The translations under genes and the position numbers were made by a program. This document shows positions 54,601-64,000 of a stretch of DNA of 64,000 nt, piece by piece. This DNA is from Paragordius varius (Eukaryota > Animalia > Nematomorpha): the NCBI GenBank assembly GCA_964247055.1, contig OZ176050.1:11470001-11534000 (forward strand). The letters are read 5' to 3'. Within the stretch, counting starts at the first letter, position 1. The number at the start of each line of letters is the position of its first letter. Below the pieces are notes generated by a model, which was given only the letters and a program-made list of their open reading frames with translations, was not told where the DNA came from and made no database searches.

Positions 54601-57600
54601 AAAATTTAAGTATTTACAATGTTATATTTTCGCTTAAAATAAATTTTATTCATAAACAAGATTTAATATATGCATAATCCATCCTTGGAAATATTAAAAT
54701 TGATATACCTTTTAAAATAATAAATACTTTAAAAAATATGTTGATTACAATTTAATCAAAACATTAGATTAAGTATAAGGGGATATATATTGTAATGTAA
54801 GCATATATTCGAGTTAAAACAACGTTAAAAAACATTTTTATACCACCAGTATATGATATTTACAAAAAATATTTATCAGAATATTATACCATCATTGTGT
54901 AGATTGCTAGCCCATTCGATAGGATCTGGGGGGTTAGGGTGGGGAGGTGGGCAAGGAGCCACATGTTGAATATTAGATAAGGCTGTCGCAAAATCTTTAA
55001 TAACGGCAGTTTCTAAACCAATGATAGATACTTTTTTATAACTGCGTAAAAAAATCAAAATATATGGAATACAAAACTTAAAAACTAACACAAATATTTT
55101 TTCCTCTAAAATAGATTGTTTTGTAAATTTGACCCCTAGAGTTTTGCTTATGCAAAGAGAAACGGTAAATTGGTAAAAATCTTAATTATATAATTCACGA
55201 TTGCAATCACATGGGCTTAATATACCGTTTACAATCCTAATTCACCCTTGAACAACTCAAATCTACCCTCGAATAATTCAAATTTACCCTAAAAAAATTA
55301 TGTTTTCGGGCTAATATAACCTCTTATTAATAAGTAATATATTCTTATAGCATAGTTTATTATTTTAACAGTATTATATTAATTTTTGACGTAATTTCTT
55401 TTTTTTAATATAAAAAATATAGGTAAATTTTAATTTTAAAAAACACATAAATTATTCTATGGTGAATTTGAATTGTTCGAGGGTGAGTTTGAATTGTTCA
55501 AGGGTGAATATAATTGTTTAAGGATGAATTTAAACTGTAACTGGTATATAAAAAAATTAAGGATGACTGTCTCATTGCAAAAAATATTTTTTTACTTTAT
55601 AAAATTTATCATTATAATTTCAATTTTTACAGAAGTAACTTTTTATTTGAGAATAATGTCTAAATGATTGGTCATAAATTTAATGTACATATTATTACTG
55701 CAATTCCGATATATGTCAGCTGATGACATTTGAATTGGCGCCAACAATATATTCTTTTGCTCTAATTTGTGCTGGACATACGTATTTTCATTTACCTATG
55801 TCATGTTAAAATAACATATATAATTAATTTAAACGAATAACTAATAAAATAACCTTATGCACTAAAAGTATTTATGATTAAAATGAAAGTTATCATTTTA
55901 GCATATATTGTTGATTCAATGACTTCAAAGTAAAAAATCAGAAAATATAATATATATATCATATATATATATAATTAATTTTACCTTTGAATTTTGTAAT
56001 ACTGCGGTATTTTTTGTGTTATTTGAAGAATGAGCCTTAACCGGTAAAGATAAGGAAGTAACAGTTGTATTTGATTTTGATTCGGTAGACGTTTTCTTAA
56101 ACAGAAAAGATGGAGTATAAAAATCGCCTACCATAGTGGATGCCAAAGGATTGGCAGAGTTTAAATTTGATTTTAAATTAGTATCGCTATTATTGGTGTT
56201 TAGGAGGTAATTTGATAGAATTTGTGAGATATCATTAGGTGTGTAATAGGTGGGCGGTTCATTGCTTTTAGAACATTCATTTTTGGGACCGGCAGTATTT
56301 GAAGTTTTAATTGGACCTATACCACTTTTTAACTAAAAATATTATTGAATTAAAATTTAATACATTGGATTTAGATTAAAAATATGAATATATATAAATG
56401 TTTATTTACTTTATTACGATCCTTTTTGTTGGGTGAGGTTTTCTGAGGCTTAAGTGACATGTCCTCATACTCATTGCCAATCATTAATGGTTTATTATCT
56501 ATAATATTTAATTGAATAAGAAGGCCAATAAAATATTATTTTGTGTTTTCTTGCATTTATAATAATATATTGGTAATGAGAATGCACAATTTAGTCTTAG
56601 TTAGGTTTTAAGTCGATTTAAACTAACTACAGTATACTTTAATTCAAGATTAAAGAATCCACATCATTCCCAATAATGAAAATAAAATATTTGTTCTAAT
56701 AATATTATAACCTACTTAATACTTCAAACTACAAAACCTAATGAAAAAACACCAAAAATCAAAATAAAATGTACCTTGGTTAAAAATTTAAAGTCCATAT
56801 TTCTAATACGATAGTATTTCCTACAATATTTATTGCCATTATTTTGCATATTTATATATTATACACATATATAATACCTTTAAAATAAATGAAAACCATT
56901 CAATGAATACTCCAAAAATCCATTCTAAAATCAAACTCCATTATACCTTTATTCAAGATTAAAAAATTAACATTTTTATACGATTACTATTCCCTAATTT
57001 TCCAGTCCATCAAAATTTTAAAATAATACACATACTTAATCCTCATAAAATGAATCTAATACCAATTATTAAAAGAAAAAAACCAAAAACCATTAAAAAG
57101 TTATAACTTGATTTAAGAAACCCACATTTTTATTATGATTATCAATAATACTACAATCTAATTCCATCAATGTTTTATACTTACAAAATGAATAAAAACC
57201 ATTCAATATACCATTTGCACTTCAAGAGTGTCCTTGAATACTTTAAGTTGGTCCTTAAACATTTCAAGTTGGTCCAAAAACTTTTTTCATTTCGTGTTAA
57301 AATCTTATAAATATCCAAAATTATTATAAGAAATTAATAAAGATATACGGTTTCTCAAAGATTAAAAGTTGATATCGATTTAAAATTTATGATAAATAAT
57401 AGAAAATAGGTTAAAAACAATAGATGAATTATTTAGAATTTGATTGATAAAAGTTAAAAACAAAAAAAAAAGACAAAGGACCAATTTCAAGTGTTCAAGG
57501 ACCAACTTGAAGTTTTCAAGGACACTGAAGTGCAAATGGTATATGATAACAAACCACAAAAAACTTATTTAAAGGTTATACCTTGATTTGTAGTATCCAA

Positions 57601-60600
57601 ATTTTCAGTACGATTACCATTCCCAATTTCAATTCCATTGTTATTGTAAGGTGTACTACTCGTCATCATTTGATTAGGGGAATTATTTGAGGGTGGTAAC
57701 AAACCACCCGTCGTATTATTAAGGCAGGCGAAAAGACTCTTTGTGTCAGCCCCATCTAGGCCTAACAAACTTTCCAGTTCTTTTTCAACGGCTGGATCAA
57801 TCAAACTTTCTTCTTCGCCATCCTCACCGCTCATTAACATCATGGAACCTAATTCATCTCCAAATAACATATTAGTGGCAGTGGTAATATTACCGTTGAT
57901 GTTTGATTGATTCAATAAATTCGTGTTTTGATTATTATTTGTTTCACCTAAGTAGATAGAGAGAGATACATTCAGTATGAATGTGGTAAAATTAAAGGTA
58001 TATAGTTTGGAGTATCTCATGTATATTTTAAAGTGTCTTTTTACATTTTCTATATTTTTAGAGACTTAAATTGTAACAAAATAACAGCCCCTGCCCAAGG
58101 CTATTAGTTATAAAAATTGAGCAGTTTCAAGATTCAAATAATGATGGATCTGAATATTATGAGCTCGGAAAAGATTTTTGAATAAATGACAAAATACTTC
58201 TGAAGTGTTAAAATACAAATATTATACCTGGGTAATCTAAATCCATTCCATCCTTGATTTGCGAGGGTTGACTCTAAAATTAAAATAATTTCGATATTAT
58301 ATAAAAAATATATTATATCTAACATGTAAAACAAAATTTTACTTTAATTTTCCAAAAAAATATTTTTCTTTACATATTATAACTAACTGATGTATGTGAC
58401 AGATGAAACTTGATTTCTAATTATTTACATCCAAAAATAGTAATTAAAACTTACTTGATCCATTAATTCGGACCCAGTTTCTAGAGTGGAATGTTGGTTT
58501 TGGATTTGGGCAGGCATAGTGGCAGCATTATTTATGGCTAAAACAGATGATAGATTATTTAATTGCAGGCGCATTTCACGTTGTTGTTGAAGTAAGGGAT
58601 AAATGTATTTAGTCATAAATGGTGGTATCTGTAAAATTATAATTAGGATATAAATTTATAAAATAATTTGTTCCACAATAGATTTTTACTTTTTTTTCTC
58701 TAATCATTTATTCCGTGTTAAAATCATCATAAACATTAACGGATAAATTTTAAGTTTGGTCATTAAATCATGATATATATGTAGAATAATTAATATTAAT
58801 AAAATTGATCTAAATCTTTTACAAAAATCGAGGCTAAAAAGTCGATTTAACCCGTGTATAAACTTAAAATTCATTTACCGATTAATCTTATTCTTTATAA
58901 AATCTTACAAATAATTCTTTATGTACTAAGATCTTTTCGTTCTTTCAAATGCCATATGGTTAGAAAATATAGAGGGTTATAAACATATACATACGTTATT
59001 CAGCCGTTTAAAAGTGGTAATTTGTATTTCAATTTAATATTTAACCTTGGAATCGGCATTCTGTCTGGAAGTTAATTCGGCAGGTATAGGTAAATTCCAC
59101 GCTTCTTCAATATTCGGGAGTGCCGTTTTACCCCTTGTCACATAATAAATTAATTATTAAACATAAACTGAATATTTGTAATATGATATTTTACAGGAAG
59201 GATTATGTTTTGCATAAACATTTTAAAAAGCTGATAAACAAAAATTTGAAAATCGACCTAAAAATATAAAGTGATATGTAAACCCTTTGTCAATAATAAT
59301 CACACACTAGATTCGTGCTTGTTAACACCCATCAATATAAAATAATTAATTGAGTTTGAGTTTTACCACATCAATTTTATATATATATTTATGTATATCC
59401 AACTACGAAATTTAACTAAAATAATATTTTAGATAACTTTACTTTTATGTTATGTTACTCGGAATTTTTGAACAGTTTACATAAAAAATTAAATATATTA
59501 TTTACTTTGGGACAGATAGGAAATGTTGATAGGCTCCGGAAAGCAAACCGTCTTTAAGCTTTTTAACACGTGCTAATAAAGCTGGATTCGGATCACCACC
59601 TGGAAAAAATTAATTTTAGAAAATTTATATACAGTAAACACCTACGCGCTAAATTGACGCAAATTGGGGGAAAATACATGGCACAATATTCATCATGACC
59701 ATTTCAGTTATATAGATTATTTAATATAATTCTACTGATACATTTCAAAAAATGATTAAAACCTATTTTAAATTATTAATCTTTGAGGACTCCAAACCTA
59801 CAATATAAGTTTTTGGGTAGGTTTATTAAACTTTTAACCCATTTAAAAATTGGAAAGAGTTTAAAAGGAGCATATTTAATTAGTTTATAGACGCTGTTTA
59901 TTTTTGAAAAGTTCACTATAAAGAGGATTGGAGTCGACTATATATATACATTTATATTTCGACAGAAAAAAATTGTTTAGGCAAAAAAAGTAAACCTTTT
60001 ATAGCATTAGCATAACAAGTTAAAGCATCTCGTGGCATATTACACGTTTCATAAAGCAGGGCAAGGTTGGTCCAAGCCGGTGTAAATTTTTTATTGAGTT
60101 GAATGGCACAAATGTAGGCTTGAAGTGCGTCCATAGGTTGATTTTGTTGCTGATAAAGTACGCTAAATAGACGGAAAATTTAGTTGAAAAAACGGAAAAA
60201 TAGGATATATACATATAAACAGCCATATTAGCAGTTATATGGGTTTAAAGTGTTGTGGGAAAATAAATTATATATAAAAACAATTATAATTCTTAATCTT
60301 TTCTTGTTTATGCTGTGAAAGAATTTAAATTATAAAAAACGAATAAATATACTTGTTCATAATAATTTTTTTTCTTTTTTGATAATTCAAAAGACCCATA
60401 TTATTATATGGTTTTTATTGTGGTTACATAATGTGATTCAAAACTTTCTATGAGCCTTAAAAAACATTTATACACTTATATTTCAACAAAAAAACAGATA
60501 TTACCCTATAGAACACCAAGTGTCGGCACTTCCTTCAGATTTATCGATTGAATGGCGATATGATATAAATGCATCATGAATTTTCCCCAAATTCGCAAAA

Positions 60601-60602
60601 CA

Positions 60603-60654
<52 letters not shown>

Positions 60655-62088
60655 AAAAATATATTATATTTTATTATGTTTAATGTTAAAACATTATTAA
60701 ATAAAATTAAAATATATCATGAAAAAATATTAACCTTCCCAGATAGTACCAAGTTTGGCCGCTAGTTGGATCAAGGCTAATTGCTGATTGTAGAAGTTTG
60801 ATTGCAGTATTCTCAATATGGCTAATAGATATGGGTTGGATGGAGTTCGCAACTAAATTTAAGCGTTAAAAAATGTCGTTTAATATATGCAAGTAATGAT
60901 TTTGAGTGAAAAATGAGGTAAGAATATAGAAGGAACTCGCATCATAAAATATATTTTTATTTTAAAACAATATTTATTTTTGGTTGCAGTTTTTATAAAA
61001 TTACACATACTATCTCTATCTTTTGCCGCTGGGTGTAATTTAGTATCATTATTGAAAGATGGTTTTTCAATCGAAATATTTCCATCTTGTACTAAGTTAG
61101 AATCGCCGAGTTGGTTGGGTTGATCAAATTCATCCTTAATTTTGGCATATTTATATACATCATTAGTCACAGTAGAACAATCTTTAGAGTTTGTTGATGC
61201 TATTGAATGAGCAAATTTATCAGAAGGGGGTACTGTTTGAATTTCATAACCTTTTTCATTTTTTGGCGTTTCATTTTCAATCGTAGTAGTAGTGGTAGGG
61301 TATGGATCAGGGTAGGTGGGACAAGTTTGTAACAAAGTCGGGTTAGCACTGAAAGTACGTGCAAAAGTATGAAATAACCAACCAATTTGCCTTAATGCAT
61401 CAGCCTTGAGTTGTCCATCAATAGGCACGTATTGTTGCTTAGTTTTACTTGTACTAATAAAGTTTTCAAGCCTATGTAAATTATTATCAAGATTATTAGC
61501 AAGGTTAGCACAAAGTTGTGGATCTTTGTTGGTAGGAAGAATGGAAATGTGTGGGGCCGAAACAATTTTCTCATAAATTTGTTTGCTTAGGGTTATGAAA
61601 CCACGTGTCTCCAACAAATGTGCAATATGGAAATATACTAAAAAAATTATATAACTATTTTAAAAATATATACACAAAAGATAATTTCTTTTATAATTTT
61701 GGATTTTTTTATTTAGTTCATGATAAGTATTTGGGATGGAAACTGAGAAAAGTTGAAATTTAAAATCTTCTAATAAAAAGTTGTTATATCAATTTTTGAA
61801 ATTAAGAATTACTTTGTGCCGGAGATACTGATAGCGGTGTCTCATTCTCATCAAGTAAGGCCAATTGAAAATGCTAAATTATGTGCAAAATTAGATATAA
61901 TCAAATAAAAAACAACAACTTTTAAATATTTACAAATTTTACACGGCTTTAAAACGAAAAAAAGTACTTTAAGGGTGTAATAAACGCTTCCACGGATCTT
62001 ATAAATTATTCCAAGTCGCAAATGTATTTCATTAGCGCGTTCAAAGTTGGGATCTACATAGAGCGTTTGTAGGAAAGCATTGGTCGCT
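48698..62088 (-). CDS. Utx: UTX/KDM6A-like histone H3K27 demethylase (TPR repeats + JmjC + C-terminal zinc domain), 5'-incomplete model
   Basis: 25 GT-AG exons with compatible phases, in transcription order: 62088-61968, 61873-61813, 61637-61011, 60852-60735, 60603-60505, 60162-59996, 59599-59506, 59133-59046, 58628-58455, 58273-58228, 57947-57582, 56498-56410, 56332-55985, 55795-55689, 55041-54890, 54504-54223, 53867-53632, 53496-53444, 53360-53234, 52504-52357, 51708-51579, 51059-50972, 50561-50377, 50021-49494, 49220-48698 (TAA). This sums to 4957 nt (~1650 codons). Diagnostic peptides: [136 protein letters not shown]. Exons in the low-complexity middle are less certain. N-terminal exons were not located. 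Confidence 0.95.
49610..49790 (-). other. C-terminal four-cysteine zinc-binding domain of Utx
   Basis: [17 protein letters not shown]...[10 protein letters not shown]...FVVLELY..ELI.IYDNF; CxxC...CxxC intact. Coordinates approximate. Confidence 0.88.
50377..53360 (-). other. JmjC catalytic core exons of Utx
   Basis: Fe(II) ligands are present as H-R-E (GHRENLNF) and the distal His (TVHWVQA). The K of YMKVPG and the T of RTPG are retained. Confidence 0.93.
55225..55544. mobile_element. Intronic MITE (320 bp) with imperfect long TIRs and ~18-bp subterminal repeats
   Basis: Left end TATA|CCGTTTACA..AATTCACCCTTGAACAACTCAAATCTACCCTCGAATAATTCAAAT is the reverse complement of the right end ..GAATTTGAATTGTTCGAGGGTGAGTTTGAATTGTTCAAGGGTGAAT..TGTAACTGG|TATA. 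Confidence 0.8.
57211..57539. mobile_element. Intronic MITE (329 bp) with ~65-bp TIRs
   Basis: Left TATA|CCATTTGCACTTCAAGAGTGTCCTTGAA..AAGTTGGTCC pairs with right GGACCAA..TTCAAGGACACTGAAGTGCAAATGG|TATA; internal repeated motif AAGTTGGTCC. Confidence 0.88.
59996..62088 (-). other. TPR-repeat-encoding exons of Utx
   Basis: [77 protein letters not shown]. Confidence 0.9.
60607..60649. repeat. (AT)n microsatellite, ~21 units, in a Utx intron
   Basis: Perfect AT run immediately upstream of the acceptor of exon 60603-60505. Confidence 0.97.
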
Positions 62089-64000
62089 CTTGAAAAGTCA
62101 TAAAATAAAAATAATATAAAGTTGTAAACTTTTAAACATTAGTTTGTTAAATTTTAAAATGCTACTCTACAAACGGAAGAGTAATAAAATTTCAAGTTCA
62201 TGATTGCTGCTAATATATATAAAAAATTCAAAGAAATTTTGATTTTATGTTAGTTGCATAATAAAAAAGCAATTAACAGTTATCAAAGTAAATTAAGTGT
62301 TAATATCTAGCCTTTAAAATTTATATCTATAGAAGTTATTTTGTAAGGCCAATGTCAGAAATTAATTTTTACGACTAGAACAATGGGTTAATTTTAAGGA
62401 CATTCCTTGATTATACTTCTAAAACAGACATTTTTTCAAGACAAATAGTATCATATAACCTTATATAAATCCAATTAATTAATTAGATAAGAGATATTAA
62501 TTAGTAAATTAATTAATGGGAGATTTTGAAACAAATTTAATTACCTAGAAAAGATATCTATTGAACATTAAAAAATCTTCAGAACAGAGCACAGATAAAA
62601 AATTTTGCCCCATAAAATGTTAAAAAAAAATTATAAAGACACCTTAACCTGAAATCTTAATTCTTCAATAGTTTTAATTGATTTTCAGTAAAGAGCGTAA
62701 TTAATGGATTTCTAACTGTCATCACAAAATTAGCGCAATTATGATTAAAAGCTATTGGAAATAATTATTTTGTAATTTATATCTCCAAAAATAATTCATG
62801 TTTTACCCAAAAACGGATAAAAAATAAAAAAAAATGCGGTATATTTATCCTCACTTCTTTGTTGTTCTTTCTCCCAATGTTAACATTCCATAAGGAATAT
62901 GGCAAAAGATTAAAGTTCATGTAATCCAAATTTATATTAACAATAATTATTGAAAACAATTAGATACATTTGTAATTCATATAAAAACGCTCCCAAAAGC
63001 ACACAACAAAGATAATTAACTGTGAAAATTAAACAACATTATATATTTAATATAATTTCTAAAAAATGAACCCAATATGGTAAAATTAAGTAACTGAAAA
63101 AAAAGCATAATTTGTTGGAAAACCCTTAATATTTATACCATTACTAAATAAAAAAAATTGTAAAGGAAAGGGGGGTTTTAGTGCTTTTATCGTATTAAAT
63201 GATGTCTTAATAACATATAATAGTATAAGAGTAATGGGTAGTTGGTTGTCTGATGACAAAAATTATTTCACTTTAGGCGATAATTTGGTGTCAAAATTTC
63301 TCTCAAATTAATTAAATATATATATATATTTTTATATCTATCTACTTATGTAAGGCAATAAATATTTTGTAACATAGTTTATCTTATGTAATTATATAAT
63401 TACGACAAAAATGGTTAACGTTCAATAGTATAAAAAAATAAAAAAATTGTTAAAAAATAAAAATCATTATTAAGTAAAAATTTTTTAATCATTAAACATA
63501 CTGTATAAAAATTTCAATGCCAACCAATTCAGCAGATATTTTTTTCATGAACAAGAGGAGGTTAACAATAAAATAAACCATAAATATTTGTGAGAAAGAT
63601 CGTAAAATAAATTTTTAACATTAGTATTTATAATTTAAAGGGGTTATATACAAGCCTCTAAATTTGTCAAAAATAGTTTTTTACCTTAAACTAGTTGTTA
63701 AGCTCTTTTTTTAGTCATGTAGTAATAAAAAAAGTGCCCATAAAACTGTTTAAAAAGTAAAGGGAAGGGCACAAAAAATATTGTTTGGATAACTTAGTTA
63801 AAATATACCTCCTCTACCAAAAATATATGTTGAGGGATGTAATGTAGTAGAATAAAATATTTGGAAGAATAAAACTAATGAGATATATTAAGAGATATGG
63901 AATGATGGTAATTAATATATTTCAAGTTTTTCAACAAAATATTGGATTGAAAATAGCTAGAATACTCTAAAGGGACATGAAATGATAAATAACCTTTGCC

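Noticed and set aside
51431-58334. Short ORFs overlapping Utx (51431-51649+, 51544-51726, 54226-54426, 54303-54542+, 55473-55667+, 58134-58334)
   Set aside because: These are antisense, off-frame or MITE-derived; for 58228-58273 the true exon frame differs from the listed ORF.
62777-62959. 60-aa ORF as an upstream Utx exon
   Set aside because: Only a weak FNLL resemblance to the expected peptide and no convincing phase-compatible splice sites.

Overview
AT-rich eukaryotic (metazoan-type) genomic DNA showing a complete satellite-to-gene transition. Bases 1-~38.94 kb are one uninterrupted array of a 62-bp satellite (~625 monomers) with internal structure: an A/B 124-bp dimer domain (1-~24.1 kb) containing a ~13.5-15 kb internal duplication and a ~1 kb island of divergent monomers, then a monomeric C-type domain with local 370-bp higher-order repeats, decaying at its right edge. 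The decayed edge is interrupted by two near-full-length, degenerate minus-strand non-LTR retrotransposons, each with a 15-bp direct repeat at its junctions. The first is an RLE (R2/NeSL/Utopia-like) element whose YADD catalytic motif has been flipped by a ~57-bp micro-inversion. The second is an RTE-clade LINE carrying a nested ~300-bp solo-LTR-like insert. A decayed mariner follows, then a multi-exon UTX/KDM6A-like H3K27 demethylase gene on the minus strand (25 exons reconstructed by hand with consistent phases, 48698-62088; 5' exons not resolved) with two intronic MITEs. No rRNA, tRNA or CRISPR found. All family assignments come from recalled protein motifs, not from database searches, and the organism cannot be identified from this window.
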